Origin: Chloroflexia bacterium
Lineage (GTDB): Bacteria > Chloroflexota > Chloroflexia > DTKN01
DNA length: 64,000 nucleotides
NCBI GenBank assembly: GCA_049970175.1
Contig: JBMFNL010000004.1
Span: forward strand, 1,822-65,821
Direction: 5' to 3'
Below are positions 19,190-28,990 of the stretch, in pieces. Below the pieces are notes generated by a model. It was not told where the DNA came from. It ran no database searches and was given only the letters and a program-made list of their open reading frames with translations. Position 1 is the stretch's first letter, and each line of letters starts with the position of its first letter. The position numbers and the translations under genes are program-made.

Positions 19190-20815
19190 GTGCCCACGGG
19201 CAACGGTGAAAGGACTGGCGTTCAGGTGGCCGGAGGAAACGCAGCGGGAATCGAAGCCGAGGCCGGGGCCGGCCGAGGGGCGGTGGCACGGGCGGCCAGC
19301 CTCATCGGGCTGGGCAATATCCTCAGCCGGCTGCTGGGCCTGGCCCGCGAGGGTGCCATCGCCCACTACTTCGGCGCCGGCGGCCCGGTCAGCGCCTTTC
19401 GCCTGGCCCTCCAGATTCCCCAGATCGCCTACGACCTCCTGATCGGCGGGCTGGTGAGCGCGGCGCTCGTGCCGGTCTTTAGCGAGTACGCCGCCCGGGA
19501 GGACCGGGAGGAACTCGGGCGTCTGGTCAGCGCCTTCTGCAGCCTGGCCGCCGTCCTCCTGGCCCTCGTGGTCCTCCTCCTGGAAGTCCTGGCCCCCTGG
19601 GCCGTCGCCATCATGGGGGGCGGTCTGGAAGCGCAGTACCAGGCGCAGGCCGTAGCCGACCTTCGCCTGGTCGCCCCGGCGCTCCTTTTCCTGGGCCTCT
19701 CCGGGGCCCTGAGCGGCCTCCTCTACGCCCTCAAACGCTTCACCTACCCGGCCTTTGCCACCGCCGTCTTCAACGCTGGCATCGTCCTCCTCATCCTCCT
19801 GACCGGACGCCTCCTGGGCATCGCCGGCGCCGCCGTCGGCGTCGTGGTGGGCGCCTTTCTGCAACTGGCGTTGCAACTGCCGGGATTGCGGGGGACCCAC
19901 CTGCGTCCCACCCGGCATCTGGCCCACCCGGCGCTGAAGCGCATCCTCCTCCTGTACCTGCCGGTGCTCCTGGGCGTAGCCATCAGCATTGTCGGCACCG
20001 TGATCGACCGGCGGCTGGCCTCGGAAACCGGAGCGAGCAGCATCGCCTGGATGCAGAACGCCACCACCCTCATCCAGACCCCCCTGGGCCTCATCGCCGC
20101 GGCCGTCTCCCTGGCCGTGCTGCCTTCGCTTTCGCGTGCCAGCGCCTCCCGGGACGAACGGGCCTTCCAGAGCCAACTGGGACTGGGCCTGCGCCTGATT
20201 CTCACCCTGGTGGTGCCGGCCACCGTGGGCCTCTACGCCCTGGGCCGGCCGCTCATCGCCCTGCTCTTTGAGCACGGGGCCTTTATGCCCGACGATACCC
20301 GCATGGTCACCCTGGCCCTCTACCTTTACCTTCTGGGCCTGCCCTTTGCCGCCGTGGACCAACTCCTCATCTTCGCCTTCTACGCCCGGCGCGATACCCT
20401 CCGCCCCAACCTGGTGGGGGCCTATGCCATCGGCATCTACCTCCTCTTTGCCCTGCCGCTGGTGGGACGGTGGGGCATGTTCGCCCTGGTGCTGGCCAAC
20501 TCGGCCCAGTGGACCTGGCATGCCCTCTTTATGCTCCTCCTCCTGCACCGGCAGGTGGGCTGGCCGAAAGGCGAACGCATCGGGGCCACCCTGTGGCGCT
20601 CCTTGGCCGCCGCCGCCGGCATGGGGCTGGCCGCCTGGGGCACGGCGTTGGGCCTGGAAACCTGGCTGGGAGAGGCCGGAACGCTCCCCCGCCTCCTTTC
20701 CCTGGGGGCGGCGCTGGCCGTCGCTGTGGTCGTCTACCCGGGGCTGGCCGTGGCGCTGCGCCTGGAGGAGGTCAAGATCGCCTGGGAAGCGCTGCGCCGG
20801 CATCTGGGAGGATAG
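19190..20815 (+). CDS. murJ: Lipid II flippase MurJ (start uncertain; possible N-terminal extension)
   Basis: GNILSRLLGLAREGAIAHYFGAGGPVSAFRLALQIPQI is a MurJ N-terminal signature. The protein is polytopic throughout. Confidence 0.75.
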   Translation: MPTGNGERTGVQVAGGNAAGIEAEAGAGRGAVARAASLIGLGNILSRLLGLAREGAIAHYFGAGGPVSAFRLALQIPQIAYDLLIGGLVSAALVPVFSEYAAREDREELGRLVSAFCSLAAVLLALVVLLLEVLAPWAVAIMGGGLEAQYQAQAVADLRLVAPALLFLGLSGALSGLLYALKRFTYPAFATAVFNAGIVLLILLTGRLLGIAGAAVGVVVGAFLQLALQLPGLRGTHLRPTRHLAHPALKRILLLYLPVLLGVAISIVGTVIDRRLASETGASSIAWMQNATTLIQTPLGLIAAAVSLAVLPSLSRASASRDERAFQSQLGLGLRLILTLVVPATVGLYALGRPLIALLFEHGAFMPDDTRMVTLALYLYLLGLPFAAVDQLLIFAFYARRDTLRPNLVGAYAIGIYLLFALPLVGRWGMFALVLANSAQWTWHALFMLLLLHRQVGWPKGERIGATLWRSLAAAAGMGLAAWGTALGLETWLGEAGTLPRLLSLGAALAVAVVVYPGLAVALRLEEVKIAWEALRRHLGG

Positions 20816-20821
20816 GCCGCC

Positions 20822-23311
20822 GTGGACGTCGAGGAGGTCCTGGAGGCGCTGCAGAACGATCCGGAGGTTGCCCCCCACATCACCGCCTGGCGGACCTGGG
20901 AGGCCCGGCCGGCCCGCTATGCTCCCACGCCGGAGTGGCTCGACCGGCGCCTGCGGGAGGCCCTGGCCGAACTGGGCATCGCCCACCTCTATACCCACCA
21001 GGTCGAGGCGCTGGAGGCGGCGGCACGGGGAGAGCACGTCGTCGTCGCCACCGGCACCGCCTCCGGGAAAAGCCTCTGCTACCACCTGCCCGTCCTCCAG
21101 GCCCTCCTGGAGCATCCCGGCGCCGCCGCCCTCTACCTCTACCCCACCAAGGCGCTGGCCCACGACCAGGAGGCCTTCCTGCGCACCCTGGCCGGGAGGA
21201 CGGCCCTTCCTCCCTTCGGCACCTACGACGGCGATACCCCGCCGGCCCTCCGTCCCCGCCTGCGCCGGGAGGCCCGCCTCCTCCTGACCAACCCGGACAT
21301 GCTCCACGCCGGCATCTTGCCGCGCCACCCCCACTGGGCCCCCTTCCTGGCCGCGCTGCGCTACGTCATCCTGGACGAACTGCACGTCTACCGCGGCCTC
21401 TTCGGGAGCCACGTGGCCAACGTGCTGCGCCGGCTGAAGCGAATCTGCGCCTTTTACGGAAGCCGACCCCGCTTCCTCGTCGCCTCGGCCACCATCGGCA
21501 ACCCGGGGGAACTGGCCGGCCGGCTTCTGGAGGAAGCCGTAACCGTGGTGGAGGACGACGGTGCCCCCCGCGGCCGGCAGCACTTTCTCCTCTACAATCC
21601 CCCGCTGGCCGATCCCGCCCTGGGAATCCGCCGTAGCCTTCTCCTGGAGGCGGAGAATCTGGCCGCCCGCTTCCTGGAGGCCGGCCTGCCCACGGTCGTC
21701 TTCGCCCGTACCCGGCTGGGGATGGAACTGCTCCTCACCGACCTGCGGGAGCGGTGCGGCGGCCGGCGCGGCCGGCTCCGGGGGTATCGCGGCGGCTACC
21801 GGGCGGAGGTGCGTCGGGAGATCGAATCCGGCCTGCGTCGGGGAACGGTGCAGGGGGTGGTGGCCACCAACGCCCTGGAACTGGGCGTGGACATCGGGAC
21901 GCTCTCGGCCTGCATCCTGGCCGGCTATCCGGGGACGATCGCGGCGACCCGGCAGCAGGCCGGCCGCGCCGGCCGCCGGGAGGCCCCCTCCGCGGCCATC
22001 CTCATCGCCGGCCCCGGCCCCCTGGACCAGTACCTGGTTACCCACCCTAACTACTTCTTCGGCCGCTCCCCCGAACAGGCCCACATCCACCCGGATAACC
22101 CCTTTCTCCTGACCGAACACCTGCGCTGTGCCCTCTTCGAACTCTCCTTCGCGGCCGATGAACCCTTCGGCACCGTCCGGCCGACCCCTTACCTGGAGGC
22201 CCTGGCCGCCGAGGGCTGGGCCCTCCCGGCCGGCGGGCGTTACTACTGGATCGGCGGCGCCCCTCCGGCCGAACGCCTCTCCCTGCGCACCACCTCCGCC
22301 GATGTGGTCACCATCGTGGATGACTCCGGGGAAAAGCCGGTTGTCCTGGGGCAACTGGACCGCCCCGGCGCCGCCATCCTGGTCTACCCGGGGGCCGTCT
22401 ACTTGCACGAGGGGTGTTTCTACCAGGTGGAGCGGCTGGACTGGGAGGGCGGCACGGCCTACGTCCGGCCGGCCCGGCCGGAGTACTACACGCAGGCCGG
22501 CCTGGAGGTGGATTGGGAAGTTGCCCTGGAGGCCGGGAACGCGCCCCAGGGCCTGGGGATGCGCCACCACGGCGTGGTCCATGTCCAGGCCCGGGCCGCC
22601 TCCTATCGCCGGGTCCGCCTCTATACCCACGAGACGTTGGGCCGTGGGAGGATCGACCTGCCGCCCCAGGAGTTCCTCACCCAGGCCTTCTGGCTGACCT
22701 TGCCGGCACCGGCCCACGAGATCGTCCGCCCCGACTACGGCCCCAACTGGCCGGAGATGCGTCGCCGCGCCCGGGAGCGCGACCGCTTCATCTGCCAGCA
22801 CTGCGGCGTACACGAGGCCCAGGTCGGCCGCGAGCACGATGTCCACCACCGCATCCCCTTCCGCCGATTCGGCTACCGCCCGGGCGAAAACGAGGCCTAC
22901 CTCCAGGCCAACGACCTCTCCAACCTGGTCACGCTGTGCCGTTCCTGCCACGCCCGGGTGGATCACGGCCCCCGGGAAAGCACTGTGGCCGCCCTGCAGG
23001 GGCTGGGCCACCTCCTGCGCCACGTGGCCCCGCTCTTCCTGATGTGCGACCCCGGCGACATCCAGGTGGGCACCCGCCTGCGTATGCCCCCGGAGGGCCT
23101 ACCCGTCCTCCTCATCTACGACAACTGCCCCGGCGGGGCCGGCCTTAGCCCCCACCTCTTTGAGGCCTGCTCCGAATGGCTGCAGGCCGGCCGCTCCCGT
23201 CTCCTGGAATGCCCCTGCCCGGACGGCTGCCCTTCCTGCATCGGCCCTCCGGAAGAAGGGGAGGAAGGGACCAAGGCACAGGTCGGCCGGCTGCTGGAAC
23301 TGCTGACCTGA
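20822..23311 (+). CDS. MrfA/YprA-like DEXH-box helicase with C-terminal DUF1998 zinc finger and an embedded HNH-like motif
   Basis: Helicase motifs GTASGKS, DELH, ASAT, QQAGRAGRR. HNH-like segment CQHCGVHE...HDVHHRIPF...NLVTLCRSCHARVDHG. DUF1998-like segment DNCPGGAG...LECPCPDGCPSCIG. Confidence 0.75.
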   Translation: MDVEEVLEALQNDPEVAPHITAWRTWEARPARYAPTPEWLDRRLREALAELGIAHLYTHQVEALEAAARGEHVVVATGTASGKSLCYHLPVLQALLEHPGAAALYLYPTKALAHDQEAFLRTLAGRTALPPFGTYDGDTPPALRPRLRREARLLLTNPDMLHAGILPRHPHWAPFLAALRYVILDELHVYRGLFGSHVANVLRRLKRICAFYGSRPRFLVASATIGNPGELAGRLLEEAVTVVEDDGAPRGRQHFLLYNPPLADPALGIRRSLLLEAENLAARFLEAGLPTVVFARTRLGMELLLTDLRERCGGRRGRLRGYRGGYRAEVRREIESGLRRGTVQGVVATNALELGVDIGTLSACILAGYPGTIAATRQQAGRAGRREAPSAAILIAGPGPLDQYLVTHPNYFFGRSPEQAHIHPDNPFLLTEHLRCALFELSFAADEPFGTVRPTPYLEALAAEGWALPAGGRYYWIGGAPPAERLSLRTTSADVVTIVDDSGEKPVVLGQLDRPGAAILVYPGAVYLHEGCFYQVERLDWEGGTAYVRPARPEYYTQAGLEVDWEVALEAGNAPQGLGMRHHGVVHVQARAASYRRVRLYTHETLGRGRIDLPPQEFLTQAFWLTLPAPAHEIVRPDYGPNWPEMRRRARERDRFICQHCGVHEAQVGREHDVHHRIPFRRFGYRPGENEAYLQANDLSNLVTLCRSCHARVDHGPRESTVAALQGLGHLLRHVAPLFLMCDPGDIQVGTRLRMPPEGLPVLLIYDNCPGGAGLSPHLFEACSEWLQAGRSRLLECPCPDGCPSCIGPPEEGEEGTKAQVGRLLELLT

Positions 23312-23350
23312 ACTCCCGGACCGTGCCTGGTCCGCCTTCGCCGGCAGCGT

Positions 23351-23379
23351 TTGACAGCCACCCTTTTCTCTGGCATAAT
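23351..23379 (+). promoter_or_regulatory. Near-consensus promoter TTGACA-17-(TGg)CATAAT
   Basis: Read directly. It is followed by RBS GAGGAGG and the ATG at 23414. Confidence 0.5.
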
Positions 23380-23413
23380 ACCCTCACAACTGCCGGGCCG
23401 GAGGAGGAATGCG

Positions 23414-23602
23414 ATGTCCGAAATCTTGAACTGGTGGACCTGTTCCGAATGCCGTTACACCCTTCAGGCCAAGGAGCCGCCCGAGGTCTGTCCCGCTTGC
23501 CACAAGAAGTGTCAGTTCATCGAGGCTACCTGCTATACCCCGGAGTGCGGGGGACCGGCCAACCCGGATCCGCAGATCATCGCCGGCAAGAAGGCCGACT
23601 GA
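23414..23602 (+). CDS. Small 4-Cys zinc-ribbon protein (62 aa)
   Basis: MSEILNWWTCSECRYT...CPACHKKCQF...CYTPEC. Own promoter and RBS. Confidence 0.6.
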   Translation: MSEILNWWTCSECRYTLQAKEPPEVCPACHKKCQFIEATCYTPECGGPANPDPQIIAGKKAD

Positions 23603-23822
23603 CGGGCTTCCCACGATGTGGGCGGAACTTTGCCGGCCCATGACCTGGCCGATCCGGGCTTTCTCCTGGCCCAGTGGAAGGCTGTCCTGACCACCGTGCT
23701 CTTGTTCCTGGCCCTCCTGCAGGCGCTGGAGCAGACCGTGTTGCGCGACAAGGTCCGTCTTCGGAGGCATGTTTGTAGTCGAGCGAGGCGCCGAGGAGGA
23801 AATGCCTGCGGCGCTTGAGGTC

Positions 23823-23885
23823 GGTGGCTTCGGGGTTTCGATACGCGGCTCCCTTCGGTCGCCGCTACTCAATCGCCGAAGCCGC
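23823..23885. repeat. Short dispersed intergenic element, copy B (ggtggcttcgg-GGTTTCGATACGCGgctcccttcggtcgccGCTACTCAAtcg-ccgaagccgcc); outer arms form an 8-9-bp inverted repeat
   Basis: Read directly. It sits 55 bp upstream of the SbcC-like start. Confidence 0.5.
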
Positions 23886-23939
23886 CCTGGAGATCGCCTT
23901 ACCTAAAGGACCAGGAGACCTTCCCAGGAGGTCGCCGCC

Positions 23940-26498
23940 GTGATACCGGTATCGCTCCACCTGCGTAACTTTATGTGTTACCGCGAAGGCCTCCCTCCCC
24001 TGGAATTTGACTTCCGCCTGGCCTGCCTTTCCGGGCCGAACGGGGCCGGAAAATCGGCCCTCCTGGACGCCATCACCTGGGCGCTCTGGGGACAGGCCCG
24101 CGCCCGCTCCGACGATGCCCTCATCGCTCAGGGAGCCCAGGAAATGGAGGTCGAGTTCGAGTTCCTTCTGGAGGGCAACCACTACCGCGTCTACCGCCGG
24201 CGGGAAAGCGGCGGCCCCCGGGGGGCGGGCAAAACCCGTCTGGAACTCCAGGTCTACAGCCCGCTGGGCTGGAAAACGATGTCCGGAGAGAGCGTTCGCC
24301 AGACGGAGCAGCGCATCGTCGAACTCCTGCGGATGGATTACACCACCTTCATCAACTCCTCCTTCCTCCTGCAGGGCCGGGCCGACGAGTTCACCCTCAA
24401 GCCGCCGGCCGAACGCAAGCGCATCCTGGCCGATATCCTGGGCCTGGGCTACTACGATGTCCTGGAGCAGCGGGCCCGGGAGAGGCTGCGCGATGAGGAG
24501 AAGAACTTCCAGGCCCTCTCCCTGAGTATCGCCGAATTGGAGCGAGAACTGGCCCGTCGGGAAGAACTGGAAGAGGCGCTGGCCCGGGCCGAGGAGGAGG
24601 TAGCCCGGGATGAAGCGCTCCTTTCCCTCCGGCAGAAGGAACTGGCCGAGATCCAGGCCCGGCTGACTTCCCTGGAGGCCGACGCCCGGCAGGCGGAGGA
24701 AGTGCGCCGGAGACTTGCGCGCCTGGAGGAGGAAGGCGCCCGCCTGGAAGAGCGGATGGCCCAGACGGAAAGTCGTCTTCAGGAGGATCGGGCCCTCCTG
24801 GCACGGGAGGCCGAGATCGAAGCCGGCTTCCGCCGCCTCCAGGAGTTACGGGAGCGCAACGAGGCCCTTTCCCAGGCGGCCGGCCGGATTCTATCCCTCT
24901 CCGAGCGCCAGCACGCCCTGGAACAGGCCATCGAGCGGGCCAGGACAGACCTGGTCATGGAACGGGAAGTATTGCGCCGATCCCTCCAGGAGATGGACGA
25001 GCGTCTGGAGGAGCGGCCGGCCATCGAGAGCCGCCTGGAGGAAATCGCCCGGAAACTGGCCGCCCTCCGGGAAAAGGAGGCCCAGCGCAACGCCCTGCTC
25101 GAAGAGGCCCAGGAGCAGGTCGCCGCCATCCGTGCCCTCAAGGCCGATTGCCAGCGCCTGCGGGAGGAGATGGAGGCCCTGCGGCAGAAACTGGACATGC
25201 TGGGGGAGGAAGTCACCCATTGCCCCCTCTGCCAGAACCTCCTCAGCCCGGAATCGTATGCCCACATCCGCTCCTCCTACCAGGCCGAGGGAGAACAGAA
25301 GCGGGACCAGTACCGGCAAAAAGAAACCGAGATTCGCCGCCGGGAGGAAGCCCTGGCCGAACTTCGGGGACGACAGGAAACGTTGGAGCAGGAACTCAGG
25401 CAGGTGCGCCTCTTCGAGGGACAGCAGGCGGCCCTGGAGAAAAGCCGGATGGAACTGGCCCGACTGGCCGAGGAACGGCCGGCCCGGGAAAGCCGCCTGC
25501 GGGAACTCGAACGCGCTCTGGAGGAGGCCGCCTATGCCTCGGAGGAGCGGGCCGCCCTCCTTTCCCTGCAGCGGGAAATCGCCTCCCTGGATTATCGTCG
25601 CGAGGAGCACCAGGCCGTCCAGCAGGAACTGGCCCGGCTGAAGGCCGTCGAGGAAGAATACCACCGGTTGCAGGGCGTCCGCGAGCGCCTGTCCGAAGGC
25701 GAACGCCAGCAGGAGGAGTTGCGGGCCGCCCGAAAGCGCTGCCAGGAGGAACTGGCCCTGGAGGGGGAGCGCCTCTCCGCCCTGGAAGACCGATTGGCCG
25801 AACTGGAGGCCCTCCGCGCCCGCCGGGAGGAGGCCGAAACCGCCCTGCGCGAGGCCCAGGAGGCGCTGGGGCGGGCCCGGCAGGCCCAGGGGAGCGCCCG
25901 CGGGGCCTTGGAGCGCCTCCAGGAGGTCCAGGAGCGCCATCGGGAAAGGAAGCGGGCCTGCGAGGAGACGCTGGAGCGCCGGGGCATCTATGAGGAACTG
26001 ACCTTGGCCCTGGGGAAGCGGGGGGTCCAGGCCATGCTCATCGAAACGGCCGTCCCCGAGATCGAGCGCGAGGCCAACGAACTGCTGGCCCGCATGACCG
26101 ATGGGGAGATGGCCGTGCAACTGGCCATGCAGCGGGAGACGAAGCAGGGCACGGTGGTCGAGACGCTGGACATCAACGTTTCCGATTCGCGGGGCACCCG
26201 CCCCTACGAGAACTTTTCGGGCGGGGAAAAGTTGCGCATTAATCTCGCCCTGCGCATCGCCCTGAGCCGGCTCCTCTCCCGCCGCGCCGGCGCCAGCCTC
26301 CAGACCCTGGTCATCGACGAGGGTTTCGGCACCCAGGATGCCGAAGGCCGGCTGCGCCTGGTGGAGGCCATCCAGTCGGTGGAGAAGGAATTTGAAAGGA
26401 TTCTGGTGATTACCCATCTCCAGGAACTCAAAGACCTTTTTCCGGTGCGCATCGAGATCGCAAAGACGCCCGAAGGAAGCCGATGGACGGTGGTGTAG
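23940..26498 (+). CDS. SbcC/Rad50-like SMC-family ATPase (GTG start)
   Basis: Walker A SGPNGAGKSALLDAI. ~500-aa coiled coil with a CPLC zinc hook (...VTHCPLCQNL...). C-terminal ABC signature and Walker B FSGGEKLRINLALRIALS...LVIDEGFG. RBS CCAGGAGG. Confidence 0.8.
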   Translation: MIPVSLHLRNFMCYREGLPPLEFDFRLACLSGPNGAGKSALLDAITWALWGQARARSDDALIAQGAQEMEVEFEFLLEGNHYRVYRRRESGGPRGAGKTRLELQVYSPLGWKTMSGESVRQTEQRIVELLRMDYTTFINSSFLLQGRADEFTLKPPAERKRILADILGLGYYDVLEQRARERLRDEEKNFQALSLSIAELERELARREELEEALARAEEEVARDEALLSLRQKELAEIQARLTSLEADARQAEEVRRRLARLEEEGARLEERMAQTESRLQEDRALLAREAEIEAGFRRLQELRERNEALSQAAGRILSLSERQHALEQAIERARTDLVMEREVLRRSLQEMDERLEERPAIESRLEEIARKLAALREKEAQRNALLEEAQEQVAAIRALKADCQRLREEMEALRQKLDMLGEEVTHCPLCQNLLSPESYAHIRSSYQAEGEQKRDQYRQKETEIRRREEALAELRGRQETLEQELRQVRLFEGQQAALEKSRMELARLAEERPARESRLRELERALEEAAYASEERAALLSLQREIASLDYRREEHQAVQQELARLKAVEEEYHRLQGVRERLSEGERQQEELRAARKRCQEELALEGERLSALEDRLAELEALRARREEAETALREAQEALGRARQAQGSARGALERLQEVQERHRERKRACEETLERRGIYEELTLALGKRGVQAMLIETAVPEIEREANELLARMTDGEMAVQLAMQRETKQGTVVETLDINVSDSRGTRPYENFSGGEKLRINLALRIALSRLLSRRAGASLQTLVIDEGFGTQDAEGRLRLVEAIQSVEKEFERILVITHLQELKDLFPVRIEIAKTPEGSRWTVV

Positions 26499-27319
26499 GC
26501 GAAATCCCCCGAATCGCCGTGGAACTCTACGGGACCATCCCCGAAGGGACGGTCCGCTCCATCCGGCAGGAGGTCGAGGCTTGCTACCGCGCCCTCACCG
26601 TCCCGCTGCCGGAGGTGGTGAGCCTCTGCCTCTTCGATACCCTGGCCCGTTGGCGGGAATATGCGGCCCGCCGGCGGGAGGAGGCCGGGGTCATTACCGC
26701 CGGCGAAGAGGGCTTCCTGACGACGCACGAAGCCTGGGAAGGCGTGCCCCGGCTGAGCGTCTGCCTGGAACGGTTGGAGGCCCAGCCCCCGCTCGTCCAG
26801 CAGGGGGCGCTGCACCAGGTGGTGGCCCACAGCGTCCTGCACGGCCGGCCCGATTTCTACCGCTTCGCCATCCCCCGCTCGCTCATCGCCGAAAGCCGGG
26901 CGCGAGGGGTAGAATTGGAAATCTTCCAGCAGATCCTCTATTTTGTGGCCATCGCCATCAAAGGCTACCAGGCCGTCTCCCTCCTGGTGGAACACCGCTT
27001 CATCCAGGACCAGGTGGCCCTGGCCCTCCATCAATTGGAGGCCGGGGAAGACGACGTGGCACTCTGGAAGATGGCCCGCTGGGAGCCCCGGGCCCGCCTC
27101 CTCTACCTTTCGGCCCAGTTGAAGCCGCTCCTCTACCTCCGGCCGCTCCTGCCCTATGCCCCGGAACTGGCCGAAGCCGGCCGGGCCATGCTCTCCCACC
27201 TCCCGCCCGAGGAGATCGAGCGCCTGGAGGGCCTGGTGGAGGAACTGGTCGCCCAGCACAGCGGCGATACCCACCGCGACGTCAGCGCCGGCCTGGCCCT
27301 GGTGCTGAGCCGGCTGTAG
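26483..27319 (+). CDS. Hypothetical protein (278 aa), translationally coupled to the SbcC-like gene
   Basis: ATG lies inside the last codons of the upstream gene (...cgATGGacggtggtgTAG). I recognise no domain and see no SbcD-type DxH/GNHD phosphoesterase motifs. Confidence 0.5.
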   Translation: MDGGVGEIPRIAVELYGTIPEGTVRSIRQEVEACYRALTVPLPEVVSLCLFDTLARWREYAARRREEAGVITAGEEGFLTTHEAWEGVPRLSVCLERLEAQPPLVQQGALHQVVAHSVLHGRPDFYRFAIPRSLIAESRARGVELEIFQQILYFVAIAIKGYQAVSLLVEHRFIQDQVALALHQLEAGEDDVALWKMARWEPRARLLYLSAQLKPLLYLRPLLPYAPELAEAGRAMLSHLPPEEIERLEGLVEELVAQHSGDTHRDVSAGLALVLSRL

Positions 27320-27441
27320 GAAATTGGGGGTGGAAACCGGCTTCGGCCGGCCTTCCCCAAGCCGGAGGTTATGGAAGACCGGTCCCGATGAGAACCGACG
27401 ACCTTTAGGTAAGTGTTGAAACCCTTGGTGGAGGTGCAGAA

Positions 27442-28872
27442 ATGGATACAACGCCCACGAACGAACGGAAATCGTTATCGCTGCGCGAAGCCGTCGCCCA
27501 GGTCCTGGCCCAGCTGGACGGTCCTATCGCGCTGGAGGAGTTTGACCAACGGGTGCTGGCCGTTCGCCCTTCCTCGGCCAAGAACCCCCGCGCCTCGCTG
27601 CACACTCACCTGCGCTGGGAAGAAATCGGCAAGACCCTGGTCTTTCTGGACGACCGGACGATCTTGCCCCTGCGCATCGCCATGCGCGGGGTCCGCTTCC
27701 GCATCCCGCTGGCCCGTCAGGAGGTCGAGTCCGGTATCCTGCCGATCGAGCCGGCTTTCGACTATTTCTTATGCCCGAGCCTCTCCAAAGAGGCGGTGCA
27801 GTTGCTCGACAGGGAAGGCCGGCCGCTGCCGGCCGAGTTCGTGACCATCCGGAGCACGGTCCGCGCCCCAATCTTCGGGGAGCATATCTATGGAATGCCC
27901 GCCTTCAACCTGGATACATGGTTCCGCTCCTGCCAGGTTCGCCGGGGCGACAGCCTTCTGGTCACCATCGAAGACTGGGAGGCCGGCCGCTTCCGCCTGG
28001 AACACGAGCCGGCCGGCCGTCGCCGGAAGGCCGAGATCGCCCGAAAGAACCGGGAACTGGCCGATATCCTCTTTGATATGCTGGAGTCGGCCCGGGATGA
28101 GTGCCTCTTTGCCTATATGGCCATCCCCACGGCCTACGCCCGCCTGACCGACCCACGGGGCTACCCCGGCGACCACTGGTTCGATGTCCTGAAGAGCGAC
28201 CCCCGCATGGCGTACAATGGGTGGATAATCACCTACAGCGACTACCAGACGCCGCTGGAAGAGGCGATCTTCGGGCAAAGAAACCTGCCCGAGGAGGTGT
28301 TCACCCCGGCCCAGGGTCGCCGGGTCTATCGCTTCAAGGCGGCCCTGTGGCATCGGCCGTCTCTGTGGCGAACCATCGAGATTCAGGGGAGACAGACCCT
28401 GGCCGACTTGGACCGCATCCTGCGCGAAGCCTTTCACCACGACTGCTTCGACCACATGGGCGGATTCTGGAAGCGGATCCAACGCGGCCAGGGGCGCAGA
28501 TTCCGGGAGGTGGACCTGGGCAGCATCGAGCCATTTGGCGGCGGCGATGGGGCCGACCGGCACATCGCCACCCTGGGGCTGGAGGTGGGCGGCGAACTCA
28601 AGTACGTATACGATTTTGGCGACTGGATCGAACACCGCCTGACGCTGGAACAGATCGCCGAACCGGAGAGCGGAGCCCAATACCCGCGCATCGTCGGCCG
28701 GAACCCGCCTCGCTACCAGAACTGTCAGTCGTGCGCGGCGCGCGGCCGTAAAGTGCGGGCGAGTTGGATCTGCCTCGAGTGCTCGGACAAGCAGCAGCGC
28801 GACATACTGGTCTGTGAAAAGTGCCTGGAGGAGGAACACCAGGACCATTACGCCGAGCAAATCTTCTATTGA
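27442..28872 (+). CDS. Hypothetical protein (476 aa) with C-terminal pRiA4b ORF-3-like module and terminal Cys-rich finger
   Basis: LWRTIEIQGRQTLADLDRILREAFHHDCFDHMGGFW and KYVYDFGDWIEHRLTLEQI match, from memory, the PF07929-type signature (IWRR...LH...HLH.F...YxYDFGDxWxH). C-terminal CQSC-x10-CLEC-x10-CEKC..H..H. Confidence 0.55.
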   Translation: MDTTPTNERKSLSLREAVAQVLAQLDGPIALEEFDQRVLAVRPSSAKNPRASLHTHLRWEEIGKTLVFLDDRTILPLRIAMRGVRFRIPLARQEVESGILPIEPAFDYFLCPSLSKEAVQLLDREGRPLPAEFVTIRSTVRAPIFGEHIYGMPAFNLDTWFRSCQVRRGDSLLVTIEDWEAGRFRLEHEPAGRRRKAEIARKNRELADILFDMLESARDECLFAYMAIPTAYARLTDPRGYPGDHWFDVLKSDPRMAYNGWIITYSDYQTPLEEAIFGQRNLPEEVFTPAQGRRVYRFKAALWHRPSLWRTIEIQGRQTLADLDRILREAFHHDCFDHMGGFWKRIQRGQGRRFREVDLGSIEPFGGGDGADRHIATLGLEVGGELKYVYDFGDWIEHRLTLEQIAEPESGAQYPRIVGRNPPRYQNCQSCAARGRKVRASWICLECSDKQQRDILVCEKCLEEEHQDHYAEQIFY

Positions 28873-28990
28873 GCGCCGCCGGGTCTGACATCCGCTCATA
28901 CATCCCACCTAGGCCCTTACGGCGGCCCCCGACCGGCCGCGACGGGCCCAAAATCGCCTCCGCGACGGCCGTCCCCCACCATCTCAACAG

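Noticed and set aside
17225-23023. 1932-aa minus-strand ORF, the longest in the track
   Set aside because: It is antisense to four well-supported plus-strand genes (GlcD-like oxidase, murJ, helicase, zinc-ribbon). Its translation is low-complexity Gly/Ala/Arg/Pro-rich, typical of stop-codon-poor frames in ~70% GC DNA. No motif was found.
26483-27319. Possibility that the 278-aa protein is SbcD
   Set aside because: No calcineurin-like phosphoesterase motifs (D-x-H, GDxxD, GNH[DE], GHxH) are visible, and the size is too small. It is kept as an unknown partner in finding 1.
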